Assembly: GCA_002633005.1 (NCBI GenBank)
Contig: NMRA01000565.1
Coordinates: forward strand, 193,682 to 257,681
Source of the DNA: Phoronis australis
Taxonomy: Eukaryota > Animalia > Phoronida
Direction of reading: 5' to 3'
DNA: 64,000 nucleotides
Below are positions 39,301-53,800 of the stretch, one piece after another. The first letter of the stretch is position 1; each line of letters opens with the position of its first letter. Both the position numbers and the translations under genes were made by a program. The notes beneath the pieces were generated by a model, which was not told where the DNA came from, did not search any database, and saw only the letters and a program-made list of their open reading frames with translations.

Positions 39301-42300
39301 ACTGAATGGTCGAATAACACGAAATGTATCCCGGAAGAACAAACAGGCTTTAGGACTGGGTACTCTACAATCGATAGCATTTTTAACCTACAGCGTATCA
39401 TCCAGAAACATGGCAGTAAACGGAAGGGGAAAGTATACTGTGCATTCGTTGATTTTAGTAAGGCATTTGATAGTGTAGATACTTCCCGTTTATTTTATGC
39501 CCTTTTAACCAAAGGTTTGCATGGAAATATATTTAACATTTTACGCAGTATGTACGACTCTATACAATCGTGTGTTATGGTAGTCTCAGACCACACCCTA
39601 TTTCAACTGTACAGTTGGTGTCCGGCAAGGATGTGTTTTAAGTCCGTGGCTGTTCTCGGTGTTTGTTAGTACACTAGTGTCTGATATTAGAGGAAATGTA
39701 GGCAGATGTATACGTGTCTCTCCGGGTTGTGATATAGGTTCTCTGTTTTTGCTGATGATTTAGTGCTGTTGTCGAATACTGTTGCTGGGCTACAGATGAA
39801 GCTCAATGTCCTCGAAAAGTTTTGTCGAGACTGGAACTTGCAATTTAATTTGGAGAAAACGAATGTTGTGGTATTTAAGCGAGGGGGCATACTTTCAAGT
39901 AATGAAAGGTGGGTTTTTGGAGATAAGAAAGTAGATACCAAATCGTACTACAAGTACCTAGGAGTCACATTCTCCTGCAGACTTAAAGGAGAATGCCACC
40001 CAAAAAACAACCTATTTTGTATCAGTTTAGATCGAGTACTTCTACTCGATAACGGCAGGTTCGGTTGCGTTACCTGACACCTGACGGAAGACGGAGGTGT
40101 TGAAATTATCCAATGACGTCATTGGTTTCACACACAGGCTATTCAGCAGTTCACAACACGGGTTACTGGTTTCAGCTTATCACTTGAATTGATCGTTTAA
40201 CACCGATAAATCATCAAAATTCGATGTAAAAACCCTTAAAAACACACAGAGTTCTTATAAAAACGTGTTGTTTTATTTCGCTGTTACGGATTTATTGGTA
40301 TTTGGACACATCGTAGCCTTCAAAATTCGACAGGAGTTTGGGGTCTTTTCGGAGATAAATTCAAAGTATTCTTACGTGAAATACAGATAGGAGAATCTAG
40401 ATCTGTCTTGTTTATACTTGTGATTTTTTGAGTTCTAAACACACAAAACTCTTGTTATCCCGGACAGTGGCTCGGAACCCGATCAGGCCCGTCGCAGCCG
40501 GACTGACTCGCTATCCCGGCAAGTGGCTCGGAACCTGATCTGGCTCGTCGTGGCCGCCGGGACTGTCACGAACATAAACCAGCTTGAACTAAACCTCCAG
40601 TCACGAAAAGACTGTAATAGTGAGCCAAAGAAATAGTGTGCACGTAATTATTTATGTGAATTGGCCACGAAACTGCAAATCTACTTACTTCTCGGGAACC
40701 GAGAAATCGGCCCCTTCCACAGACTGTCAGGGCAAAGGTTGTACAGTAACAATGATTTGAATAAAGTATTTGTATTCTAGATTCCCCTAACATGTGACAA
40801 TAGCATATAAAATCGAGTAATTGTTCCACAACAGCTTTTTAGTGTCAGCAAACACTGAATTAGCATGCGCTCACACGGCCTCGGGGCCCGGTCATTTACC
40901 TTTGTTGCCGGTAACCCAGTGGTTTATTCATTGCTGGCTTTTCAAAACATTTGCAGTCACGAGCACTCCAAGGCATTACAAATTGTATCTAATGAGACAG
41001 ACTTTGTTTCAGTTTCATATAAGCATCGGTTAGGATCATTATAGGGTGAGAATAATTCATTTTGAAACAGAACGCAGAATAATAAACGTCTACATGGCAA
41101 CTCGCCCGGCGCCAATCCCGACTTAGTCAAGAGCTCATCCGACGAAGACTTCACGGGTCGGATCGTTCGGTTTCAAACGCTATCAGTTCTAACCGGAATA
41201 CACAGATCAAGAAATACTAGAGAGGCGCCGTGAACATGCATAAGCAACGGAACGTATGGATAGTTCTTTGGTAAGCCGGAATTCGTCATAGAGATCACTG
41301 TCGACGAAATGCCGGTCACAGACACGGAGATGTTTCACAGCCTCACACTTGCTATTAACAGCATACCTTACATTCTTCACTACCGCAAGCCGCTTCCTAA
41401 GCATTTCGGGCTCTCGAGGAAGTCGAAAAAACGATATACCCGCTTTCTTCGCAGCTTCATAGTTCAGACAAGCGGGAACCGATACACCGCAATATAGCGG
41501 CATTTCCCCTGCAGACGAACCACTGACGTCGCTGAGTCGTTTCTCACCTTCCTTACAGGTTAACGCGACACCTCTCGGCAAGGTGAGGTCGACCGTATAA
41601 GAGGCGATGTGGATAGAGACCGATTGAAACGGTAAAAAAGGTGTAATTAAATCGGGTGGCATTCTGCTTTAAATGGACAGAGTGTTGTGGACTACTTGCA
41701 AGTCAAGCTCGAAAAGCAATGAACGTTATTAAAGTCACTCTTTGAAATATTAACTATATTTCCCATGGAGTGCATTTTAAACTATTTGACTCTATGACAA
41801 TGCCCATATTAACATATGGTGCAGAAATATGGGAAACGTAAATATGTGAATCTATTGAAAAAGTTCATAATGATTTCTGTAAATATGTTCTGAGACTGAG
41901 CATTAAAACGCCAAATGCTATGGCTCGTGGTGAATGTGGGAGACAATTGTTAATTACAAAATATATGTGTAAACCAATTATCTATTGGACAAAATTACTG
42001 GATATGGAAGAACATAGGTACCCACTGAAGTGTTGTAGTATGCTTTGGGAACAAAGTGAAAATGGTAATTGTAACTGGGCACATCGTGTCAAAGAAATTT
42101 TGTATAGGTACGGCTATGGAGAAGTGTGGTTATTTGGCCCAGGCAATAGTGCTGGGTTTATTATGGTATTCAAACAGAGATTACTGGATTGTGGCGTACA
42201 GGATTGGCAACTGGAAATAGGTAGCTCAAATAAATATGAATTTTATGGTTTTATTAAACTTGATCTTGTCAGCGAGCAATATGTGAATTGTTTAAGCGCC

Positions 42301-45300
42301 TATTTGAGAAAAATACTTACGCAATCTCGGTGTTCAGGTCACTCACTTAATATAGAGAAAGGGAGACATATGGGTATTACTAGGAGTGAGAGAATATGCG
42401 GCATATGCTGTCTGGGTGAAATTGAAGATGAACCTCATTTTATGTGTCAATGCCCTGTTCTTGGAGACATTAGAAGAAATCTTCTTCCAGAGCTTGTCAA
42501 TATACTACGTGAAACGTTGCGATACTTTTTGGTTAACAGTTTGTTTTTCAAAATGTATTTACTGAAGAAATTATAATTTCGTGGGTTCCTCACACTCTCC
42601 CAAAAAACTTGAATCTGCCATAAACTGAAGAGCAGAAGATACGATTACACTCTGTGGGGAACGACATTTGTAACGTTGGCTGGTCTTTGATTTGATTTGG
42701 TCGCGTTTTTCTGTTTTTTTAAAATTGCCAAATCGACTTTCTTAATTGCAAAAAACAGAGAAAAGCCAGCCGAGCTCACGCCAGACTAGATGGTCCTGTT
42801 AGTCAGCGCTTGTTCTATGTTCAGATCGAATCGAGTTTGTTTAAACTGGAGGAGGTCGTGGGTCGTGGGGGTCGTCAGTGGCGTGCGGGTCGAGGGTGTT
42901 TTAGAACAATTCGGATTTAACAAGGAGCGTGAATCTGGGACAGTTCTCGGCTTGATAATGGACAACCTACAACAAAACGATATACCGCACACGCTTGTGG
43001 AGAAATGAAATGAAAATTTGAATGAAAAGACGTCACTTAATACGTTAATGCATATTAGCTCAGCTATTATTACCTTTCCTTGTGAAGGTGGTTGCCAGCT
43101 TTGGTTTCAGTTTTGCTCCAGAAAGTGCACTCGTGGGAAAACGAGCACGATGGTGCACGATATTGATAGTTTATGGGGCGAATAGTGCACTTGGGAGCTT
43201 CGTGCCTCTGGGCCTTCACTGTCCCTCAAGCGGTGAAATTTGGCAGTGAAATGTTAATAGTTTTGTCGGTGATAACCCATTTTCCAATTCAATTGGAAGA
43301 ACAGAAGGAATCTGATCATACACGGACTGCATACAATGAGGAGGATCATATAGCTGTTGGAGAGCTGACGTTTTTCCCGAATTTCATGAAGCTGCTGACA
43401 TTTGCTTAAGATTGAAAAGTCGCCATGTTCATTTATACATGTAGAGTCTAAATGGAGAATAGTTATGGGTACAGAGTGTTCTTTGATGATGTCAGTTGAT
43501 AAGCATCGACCTCATTGTTTTCTTATAGGGATGATTTTTGCATTTTCTTGGATAGCTGCCTTAATTTCGAATGCTATCCAAATTTCCATGTCCCCAGCAT
43601 TGGATTCGCACTGATTAACATACATGTCAACAGCCCATTGGTATATTTTGATGTTAGTTTTTATTCAAGGTGTGTTTTACTTCTAAAGCTTTGGACTGCA
43701 ATGTCACAGTTTGTTTTCATGGATGGGTTAACATCAGTCCTGAATTTGGACAGAAATAGAAGATTTTCATGCCTCACCCAGTACTCCTGCTCCATGTGTT
43801 GAGTGTTTTATACCTGTAACATGTATAAAATTGCTTGCATCATTTACTTGTAGTTCTAATGTAATGTTTGACCCACCAAATATATGTCCAGAAACTTAGT
43901 TCTTTCAGTTATGTGAAATAGTTGGCGACATATTGTAAAGTAACACAAAATCGGTAATGTCGGCATTAATTTGCATAAAAACATACGTGGGACATTCTTT
44001 TGGCTTGTTGACATCATTTTTCCGTTTCCACACATATTTTCTTTCATAAAAAATCAACTTAGAAATTGAAGTCCGGGGGGGGTGCACGTGGGCCATTTTT
44101 CGACTAGACTAAGAGGTTCGTGATGAGGCTACTGTATTGTCAAAGGCCTACTTGATTAACGACTTGGATATGCTATGACAACGTATGTTGATGTTTTTCA
44201 TCAATACGCGTATTTTAGATATAAAATAGTCATTTTGTCCACCATACTAAGCATGTAATATTTGACTTGCAAAATGACGCTCTTATACGTGGACACATGT
44301 CTATATAAAAACCAGTAGATTTTCGAAAATCAGTGTTTGCGTCAAAATTAACTTCATTTTTGTACATAGATAGGTATCCTAACAAAAAAATTAAATGCCA
44401 CATTTTGTGCACTCAATGGCCCCTAATTCTTGGAGCACTAGACCGCAATTGGTCATATTAGCCGTCCCCAAAATTGTATGTTTTAGCAACGAAAATAAGT
44501 AAGTTGTAAAATACATGTAGTTTGAAAGTTGTTTTCTGGATGTATTAGGCGATCAGCATCAAAACTGAACCCGATGACCTTTGTCCAGTGAGTGAGTTGA
44601 CATTAGGTTTGGGGATATATCGAATACCTGTACATGTAAACCTCTTCTATTATCATTTATTTGACAATTGCAGGTCAATGAAATGGAAATCAATCTCTTT
44701 GAAGTTTGAATTTGAAGTAATTGTTGTTTGAGGCTTTTATGTTCTTAAAGACAAAATGAAGAACGAAGGCCATTTCTGTTCGTTTAGAGAGTTTTCATCA
44801 AACATGTGCCATCACAAAGGCTTTGTGGCTTCAGTCAATCATGCTAAATACACTTCAGAACATCTGAGATGCTGTAAAGTACCGCATAAACAAAGGCCAG
44901 CGGCAGAGTACGAGCTCGTACTAGCCAGGATCGGTAAGTTTTGTGACTGAGCAGGAGCAATGGTGGAGTCAAACTTGAACATATCCATGAAAATCTGTCA
45001 CAGTTTGCTAAAGTTTCTCTCACCAGGTGCCATTTTGGGGAAGTTACGTGAAATCATGCCTGCTGACCAACAAAAAATCCAAGGGACAAAAATCTTACAA
45101 ATTTCACCTCATACATGTATCTTCCCTACACTCCTTTCGTAGTACTATGCAATGTTGTTTATCATGGCTTCTCATTGATTTAAGTAATGAAACCGACGTC
45201 ATAACATTCAGTCATTCCATTGGTTGAAATCTGGGAGACCCCTTTCAGTTCACTCTTATGTAGTATGGAGATCATCTTTGACTTGAATAGTTGCTGTTTA

Positions 45301-48300
45301 TTAAAACGGGCAGTGATCGAAGTGAACAAAATCAAGAGAACCCATATCTCGTAGCTAAGACCAAACAAGTACACTGCATATAGAAGGCTTGTGCAAGTGG
45401 GGCGATGTGATCGATAAACTTCCGACCAAGCATGCACATTGATCCCCACACACGGAATTCCGTGTGTCGTTAATCATATTTCCACAGGCTCATTTTTCAA
45501 TATAGGTGGCGCTGTGTCAGATCGTAATATCTTCCCATGCTATTTTCCAAGTGTCAAGCGCAAGGTCTTGCGCGTCGCTCGGTCTCGCGCTAGCCGTTGC
45601 CTAACTCACGTGACAGAAATACTTTGTGGTTATCACGTGCTGACCAAGAAGTAGAGCTGGATCTACTCGCCAAAGTCACCTTAATTGACCAATCGCAAGC
45701 CCCCTTGTCGACTAACAAACAATGAGTTTTACCCGACAACGTGTTGTTTGTCGGGTAAAATGGTTGCTTGGAAACGAAGGTGTGTCAATAATGATGCGTT
45801 CTAAATGGTCAGTTAAGCCGTCACTTAAAATCCTGGCGATAGGGCAATTCTCGTAGCTTCATCGCACTTATGTGTAGAATCAGAAAGGATCATTGAAGAA
45901 ACTAAACCCTTTTAAGGTGATAAATTTTACGTGAAAGAATGCATTTTTGACGAGGTGAAAACTTAATCGGTGAGCAGATTTCGCTTACCGCCATTTTGTA
46001 ATACACAGGGCGAAATTAGCACAGAAAGCGACGGGAACTGAGTATTGAAGCTCCTAACCAGGCAACCGATGACTACGTGTTGCGCATGTACAGCGGACCA
46101 TAACCCCCTTAGGTGCTTTTTACGTCGTGTGGCAAGCTAATTACATGTTTGAAGTGGACTCTTATTGGTGGTTGAGGCAACTGAGAACAGGCAAATAGGA
46201 CAAAGAGCAATTCGTGTAATGCTTCGTAAGCAAAAACAGTTTTGGAAAAGATGCAATATGGATGCTGCAGAGTTCCAAATTTGGCCGAAAATGGCTTTTC
46301 AGCGAAAACCTTCAAAATAGACGTTTTGTCACACAAAATCAAAGCATACAAATTTTAAAATGAAATTTGAAAGTCATGTCATGAAATTATTCAATTATGG
46401 TCCTTTAAAATTGTATCACTTATTTGGTATCAGCTAGCTATACATGCTACATGTAGTAAAATGTAGGCGTCCAATTTTGTTGTAAAATGGAGGCACATGT
46501 GATAAACAAAGAATCAATGGATGAAAATTCTTAAAAAGCGAAATCTTTTTACATCTTAGCAAACCAAACTAATGCGTTAAGTATAAAAAACTGTGATTTT
46601 GGGTGTAGAATCTACCTATCGTTTTTTATACGGAGTCACTCTTAGTGTGAAAAGAACAAACAAATTGAGAATAAAAACGAGTAACAATACTCAAAGCCTT
46701 TTCAACAACGCGTTATACATGTACAAGACCTTCATTTAGTACAGCTTCAGAATAATCTAACTTACCAGTCACCTCAATGGTCCCAGTTTCAGCTGACAAA
46801 GTAGCCTGCCTGTTGGACACGCTACACCTGAATTGTACACCGTCATCAGCTTCATCCAGGTTGACCGTCAGTCTACTGGTGCCGCTAGTTGTCCCATCTG
46901 CGTTGTAGATGGCATTGAAAGTAACATTCTCATTTATGTAAGTGTATGTAGCGTTACCAATCCAGCGTGACCACACCAAAGTAGCTTGAGGTTTGCCCAG
47001 GTTGGCTGTACACGTGAGGACAATCGGTCCTGCTCCACTAAGGACAGGTGGTGCCGGAGTTCCATTTATAGATGGCGTACCTGGAATTACTGACAAAACA
47101 ACGGGATGAGATATGGAGCCGAATCTTCTCCAATCTGACTCGCAGATCAACCATCCTCCAAGTCGCCGCTTCCGTGGTTGATTTTTGTCGTAACCTACTT
47201 TCCAAAATTCTTAAAAGGCTTACTCAATAGCTAAACTATCAAATGATGGAATGCTAATTGCGAGGAGCATAACGTAATCCTGTTTTGGTGATTTTGTCAT
47301 TAGGCAAATGTTGCTTCAGAACACTGTTCCTAGAATGTTTGATTAGACATTGATGGAAGTGGGCTTATTGAATTGAGATAAAAGTTTCAAAGGCAGAACC
47401 AAACTCACATTTTGCAAAGAAATTTCTCAATCGGAGCTGATTCGAGGAACAGTTAAAATTAACGAATTGATCTGTTCAAAACGGCCATGCTGCGGAAAAA
47501 AACATTTTACTTTCAACTAGGATATATTTTTATTTAAGGTCAGAGTTCGGCGAAATCCCACTGCCAGTAGAGTATTTGATATTCAGAAATCTAAAATACT
47601 TGACAATTTTATTTGTCAAGCTTTGAAACGAAGAAAACGTTTACTGTGTAAGTAATCTTCCTTTTTGTATTTAACTGTGCTTGCATATAAGTTTTTCTAA
47701 TTTTACTTTGGGCCCTGGCCTCGAATGCAAAAACGTTAAATAAAGTAAACTAGTCTTCTTGTGGCTCCAAACCTGTCATAGAGGGTAACTACAGTAAACT
47801 ATACACTACTACACGCTCTCACAAAGTACAGACAACCATTCCAGAAAATTGTTTTTCAAGACCACAGTTCTCTTTGTTTTCTCAGGAGCTGGGATATCCA
47901 TTTTTCATGCACAGTTATTTGGCGTTTTTTGGCAATATTGTTCTGCATTCTGTTGCAAAATCTTGAGTTTCAAAGAAACTGTACTTACAATCCACAACAA
48001 GCCAGCTCATTGAATATTTAGAAGCGTCAACAATGTATACATCCGCAAGGTACAGACCGTCATCGTCAAGAGTAACATTGGACAGTGTAATGGTGAACTC
48101 AGTTTTTCCATGCGAGTAGTCCGTAGAGCCACGAGCTGCATAGTCACCGTGGAACATTCCATCATAGACAGGTGGATTGGGTGGTACAGTGTAGGGGGCT
48201 TCAAACACAGCAGTGGAGACTTTCCAAAATAACACCTTGCGAAAGATTTCACCACTCTCCAATGTATAACGTATCCTGAACGTAGCATTTCCACCATTAA

Positions 48301-50897
48301 TGCCGATGATTTCACTAGGTGTAGTCACAGTAAGGGCAGAAACAGTGATATCTGAAAAGTGATAAACATCTTATACTCAGACGCACGATTGACATGACAC
48401 AGATCCACTAATAGATGGTTTGCGTAAATGTGAACCAAGGCAAGCATTACACATCCATAGTCACTCTACTGTCACAATCACGCACTGAGTCAACCCATTC
48501 ATTACCCAAGCATGGTATTCTTGTAAATACAATAATTTGCTGTATATAAGGACACACTAGTTGATATTGTGAGTTGGTTTTTGTTTCGCCACTGTCTCAG
48601 TAATCTTGGGGTTATTGTTGAATGGGATAGACTTCTTGAAGTTATTAGCTTTGACCAGAGCTATGACACAACCAAGTCCGCCGTATTTCTGTAATTTTGT
48701 TTCAAATTTTTGGAGTTGTCTGGCAGACATTTGCTGAAATCAATACCGGCGTTTTTACCATTCACTCTTAAATTACTGGGAGATTTAATGCGTGGAGTTT
48801 TACTCAGCGGCAGAGCGTTCGGCTGCTACTGCCGGGTTAATAAATTCTATTCGAATTTTTATTTAGGCCAATTACGTTAAAGGAACTGGTTCAAGTTGTT
48901 CCTTAGCCAAATAGGGGTAATTTCTGAGTTGAGAAGAACTAAAAATTTGTGATGGCTCTAGACCAGGCACTACAAGTTGTCTTGGGGTGTCATTACATGC
49001 ACCAAGCATGGTGTCCGACAATAAGGAAGTGTCACTTTTCCACGTCCAGAAAGCATTTCTCATATGAGTCACGGACACGTTGAGATCAAATTTTTAGCAG
49101 CCTAGACTATAGTACATGGACCGCCAACTCCATGTACGTTCAATGGACGAAATCTGTGCTCTTACAGAACCAATGACGTCATTATGCGCTGGCGACACCT
49201 GGACAAATTACCTGGTGTTATTTCCGGCAAGTAAGTCGTCTGCTAATCATAGTGGGCTGTTTTGTTGTCACAATTCACTACCCGGAAATAAAACGGATAA
49301 TTTAGGAGATTGGCGCCTCCTCTAGGATAGTACGCAAGTTACTGTCGGAGTTGCGAATCTGTTGTCTATAATCTATGGTGGCAATAAGTGATCCAGCATC
49401 ACAGGCACCAGATATGAGAGAGAAGATGAGTGCATGATTTGAGTAAAGCGTGTGATGTAGAGAAGACGGGAAGGAAAAACAACTGAAACAATTTTAAAAC
49501 GTGCGGAATCACAGTCAGTGCTGTGTCTCAACGCTACTGGTTTTTGACAGGGTATTAATTTTTAAAAGTACTGCATATCGCATAGGTAGTATTCTTGGCA
49601 CATTAATAAAAACGTATTACACTAAATAGGCTATATAGTTGAATGGTCTTTATAGACCATTCAACTCTAGGAAGTTTATAAAATCACTTCCAAGGGTACT
49701 TGGGGGGTCAATATAATTATGATGGTTTTAGTGTCATTAAGTGATATACTTTAAGAATCTAGAAAGCTCCCGAGGTTTCCCACGTTTTCGAAAAATTTGG
49801 CATAGAAGATCAATCGTTAAAAACTAACAACACTGATCATAAACAAAACGGTAATTTCACTTGGGTTTGTTCATTTGAAGTTACTAGAGAAGCAAAGTGA
49901 TAAATATTATGAAAGTAGTTGGAAAGTGTTGAAAAATAAAAATAAAAAGAAATACTTTAGCAGTACCCCCCTGTTGTCCGAAAAACACACTATTGCATTC
50001 TGAGCTCATATCAAAAGAAGAATATTTTATCCATGTGGAACTTGATAAAGATTCGATATCTAAATCAGTTGATGGATAACTTAACATTTCCAATGCTTCT
50101 TCAACGATCATCGCTTTCATTATAATTCGTAATTCTCATTATCCACATTGCCGCTCATTGTCAACTGGCCGTTGCGGGGAAGAGACATCGAATACAGTAA
50201 TGTTCTGAGAGAGAGTCATGAACACACAATGAGCACGACAGAATGTTGCCAATATTTTCCATACTGTTGCAGTTTTTAAAACATTTAACACAGCCCACAC
50301 TTATTAAATGACTTCTTTAATATCATCAACATCGCCAGAAAAAAAAAGCTTTGACACTGTGTTCACTCACTCACCCAAACTGTACTTTTCATTTTCTTTT
50401 TAGGACATGAAAACCGATGGAAGCCATGAAATATAAACAGAGGAATATAAATTTTGTCAACAAAAACCCAAGCGTTGAGCTATTCATGGGAAAGAAGTTC
50501 TCAGCTTTGTATATCTGCTTATTATACAGCATCACTAACTCGCAAAAGATGATGCGCCTGAAAGGATGCGGATAAAATCGGTGGTCATGCTGGAATCTGG
50601 TTTAAAAGGCATGTTTTTGCCTGTGTGACATAGCTTTTCATTGGGTAGACAAAGCCATATAAGGCAGACATTAACCAATAAAAGTAGCACTTACTTAATG
50701 CCTTAAAATGACCTTATTGGACACCTCATTACCATAAGGCAAAGTGAAAGACAATAATACCAACGTTAACAACATACAGACCACTGTGGTGCACCGCCCA
50801 TGTATTGTATCTGCTCACAAAAACAATACTGACCTTTCAAGGAGACTGTAACCACTAGGATGAAGACGGTCAACGACACAGTTGTCACGTGATTCAT
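24088..50897 (-). CDS. IgSF type-I membrane receptor, copy 2 (whole gene inside window)
   Basis: Exons: 50834-50897, 47989-48351, 46766-47089, 31896-32195, 31567-31617, 29055-29199 (TM), 27900-27950, 25012-25051, 24762-24899, 24088-24383. The ectodomain block and the last three exons are each internally in frame; the join between them is unresolved. Confidence 0.8.
29055..29199 (-). CDS. Transmembrane exon, copy 2
   Basis: VPSLQEDSTCDAN-VGITISLCAVIILLLAIMLIL-MRRK. Confidence 0.8.
29512..30621. mobile_element. Degenerate TTAA-site insertion (Kolobok-like) containing a MULE-like end at ~30152
   Basis: Absent at the paralogous ttaa (~1965). TIRs are weak. Internal ggattgttctgaaacccc resembles the terminus at 37928. 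Confidence 0.45.
31896..32195 (-). CDS. Third Ig-like domain exon, copy 2
   Basis: VSLTC...YSW...YVCFATN, 300 nt. Confidence 0.85.
38390..42520 (+). mobile_element. Non-LTR retrotransposon (RTEX-like) RT pseudogene
   Basis: DGIPAEFYK, PNNY, AFVDFSKAFDSV, GVRQGCVLSP, FADD, YKYLG and C-terminal HSLNIEKGR...C..C...EDEPHF...C. Several stops and frameshifts; ends approximate. Confidence 0.88.
39987..41668 (-). mobile_element. Kolobok-like non-autonomous element with THAP remnant
   Basis: TTAA TSD (39983-39986 and 41669-41672), TIR aggagaatgccaccc/gggtggcattctgct. Removing it restores LINE ...SCRLKWT. Confidence 0.85.
46766..47089 (-). CDS. C2-type Ig domain exon, copy 2
   Basis: LTCTANLGKPQATLVW...DDGVQFRCSVSN, 324 nt. 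Confidence 0.88.
47989..48351 (-). CDS. V-like Ig domain exon, copy 2 (no cysteine)
   Basis: GGNATFRIRY...VLFWK...FTITLSNVTLDDDGLYLADV...WLVVD|gtaagt. Confidence 0.85.
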
Positions 50898-53800
50898 GGC
50901 CGTTAAACGGTGTTGTAGTCCGAAGAAGATACGGCCTATTTTGTGTACGCATAGGCACACCGCCCATACACTGTGACCTGAACATAGGAACGGTGTCGTT
51001 TGAGGTCACACTTTTTGTTAATTCGCAACATTAATTCCTTAGTAGATCTACTGTATTACAAATGAGTGTCACACATCGGTGCCTGCGTAGCTAGCTACTG
51101 TAGGAGGGAACGACGAAATTTGCGCGAACACTGTAAGTCTCATTTCGGTTTTCAGTCAACATCCCCTGTCTGTACAAACCTCCTGCCACCGCACCACATC
51201 GACAGATTCTCTCCAATCTCACACACCTCAACCAATGTCATCCATAAAGTTTTTTATTAACCGGTCGTCGTCTTACTGATTCAATAAACAAAACTTCCCT
51301 CGTGAGGCGTGTCTGAACTGCCCGTGTGCGGCAACTACAAGGGCGGATCCATGACTGAGTTGGGGGGGGGGGCAGTGTAGAATATTAGACAGAATTTTGC
51401 ACCCCCGAACTGCCAAGCGGAATCTGGGAGAATTTTAGTTGGCCATGACACCATGCATTGGTCCCACTCTAAATCCGACACTGCACTCCACTGCAGATAG
51501 TTGACTGTCAGTTAGTACGATGCATTCATGACAAATTCAATGTCCCTTATGATAACGTCAACAACGAATAAGCAACAAAAAACGCACGCACTGGTAATAT
51601 GAGAAGTTCCATATCACGTGTCAATAGTCTGATGATTCACAATGTACTTACAGCACATTCATTTGTCGCACACGATCACAAAATTCAATTGTTATGAGAA
51701 ATCCACTACCGGCCAAGTGAAGCAATCAACGCGAGTAAATTATTCGCCCCGAATATCTAGCATGTGAAAGAGTTGATGTAATCATACAACTCGCAGTTCC
51801 CCACAAATCCATGAAGATTCTACAGGTGAAAAAATGGCTACGAGACGAAAAATCCTCGGGGTGGTTTGTTAAGAACTTAGAAAGTTATAGCAAGCACAGG
51901 TATACACGTATCGAATAGATCATTTATACATACATGTAATCTCAGGTAAGTTTCGTGACTCAATGAGATGAGAAAACAATGTAAAACGTTGATTAAAAAC
52001 CGAATTTCGTGTGACTTAATAAAAAGTGTGATTGAACAGTCCTGTTGCAGCCATATTAGTAGCATGCATACAGTGTTGTGATCAAAAGCTCGCTTACCTG
52101 CTCAAAAAAGTTACTTTCTCACATCACTCAACGCTGTAGTTTCTCCGTGAAGTAACAGTGAGCATTATTAGTGTTGGGATTAGGCTTCTCGGGACCTTTG
52201 AGCTATAACACATGAAGATTCTCCAGTGACACCCTGAAACTAATTAACAATTTGATTAAAAGTTTTAAAGAAAACATCGTTTAGGAAAGTGAATGTAACT
52301 TACGAACATCAAACTGCACAGGGTAGATCTTATTACGAAGTTAGTTGGGCTCTTTCAACACCCTCGTCGCCACGGTCTCGGATCGAGCCAGCGAATTCAA
52401 GACGTCGAGGCAAGGCCTGTTTTTTGTGGGACCTTCTCGAGACGCAGCGCCTGCAATGGCTAAAATGCATTTACTCTATATTATGTGTAGCCCATGACAT
52501 GACAGAATATGAACTATAGTTTAAAATCAAACTCAGAAAAAGGGCAAGATAAAACTAACCATAGTTGACGGGATGAACGTACCCCAAGAAGGCAAACCAA
52601 TGCAAGGTCTGAACAAATAACGAAAGCGACCACACAATGCCTTCATCATGTGACGTGTTTTAATATTTCTTTAGACTCGGGTCCTCGTAGCAGGGACATG
52701 ACCAACATGACAACATGGCGGCTTGTTTTTTTCAGCCAAATGTGTAGGCTGAGAAAAAGCATACCGAAGAGAGGTAAATTTATGTGGCATTAGTCTGTAC
52801 ATGTTTTTAACGCACACCTTCCTTGTGCGATGTTATTCGAAGAGTACACTTCCCTGATAGGAAATTTTATCAAACCTTTGTTGAGGTTTATCAAAAGCGT
52901 ATCCAGTTTCAGAACAGTACCTTTAGTATAGACCGAAGAAAGAACAACACAGCACGCCGTTATTGAACATTTTTCTTATTGTAGGTGAGCTCTACCTTAC
53001 GACGCGCTATTGAGCGTCTAGAAACGTAAACCGCTCACTGGATTAGAGACCAATTATCAAAAATGTTTGCCTATGTTTCTATGGTTTTGTATTATCTAAA
53101 GAGGCGTAGCCTAACAAATCGGTAGTTCCAAATCACCAGTCAAAGATTCTTTTCTTTCAAAATTTCATCCGCAGGAAATGATATGCCGCTACGTATACAC
53201 GGTGTAAACGTGAATTACATACCATTTAAAACATCACGACGTGCATTCTGAACGAATGGCTATTGATTGAAAGGTACAGCAAGTGTTACAGACATATTCT
53301 ATCAGGGTCTAAATTACCGGAAAATTAAAAAATAGCGACGCATAGTACTCCAAGGTTCTAGATACCAGTCACGAAACCTTGTTCGGGTACCTGTATGAAG
53401 CGCAACACACATGTACAAAGCAGGTCGTTGGGTAAGTTTACTCACGAAAACCAAACAGCTTTATCAGCGGGTGAAAATAACAGGGTAGAGTTCAGTAGAC
53501 AGTGGACCTACATGTACGTTTGGAGCTCGCTAAAATTTAGCCAAAATTACATGTTCTCATTTAAAATGCACGACAATGTCACGTAACACCACGAAGTCTT
53601 GCTTCTTAGCGAGGTCCTAGCGTTAGTGAACTCTACCCACAACTATATGTGACTAGTATTTAAACTTGACTGCAAAATTTATATATCTGGTATAACTGTT
53701 CAGAAAGTATTTTCCAGTTTTGGTCCAAATTAGAAAGACGCCATGCATTGCTCTACTTTCTTTGCAATCTTCTTTTGTGTCTTGGCAAACTTCCAGGGGT

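Larger units (their letters stand above)
37928..42912. mobile_element. MULE/Mutator-like non-autonomous element
   Basis: TIR (g/a)attgttctaaaac followed by cgacccacaacccc repeats. 9-bp TSD ggatttaac (37919-37927 and 42913-42921). Confidence 0.7.
35995..44111 (-). mobile_element. Academ (AcademX-like) DNA transposon, decayed
   Basis: ~250-bp TIRs with TAG...CTA termini and 3-bp TSD aga. Frameshifted protein remnants: ALLGFYEYTGEDCTSTFKLKGK (XPG/FEN1 H3TH-like), IQDGFAL, EGQGW. Confidence 0.8.
32406..46640. mobile_element. Composite ~14 kb transposon insertion in the C2-Ig3 intron of copy 2
   Basis: The paralogous intron is only 372 bp (4034-4405). THAP N-terminus MPRCVVYGCSN...HNFP...W at 32691. 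Outer boundaries are approximate. Confidence 0.7.
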
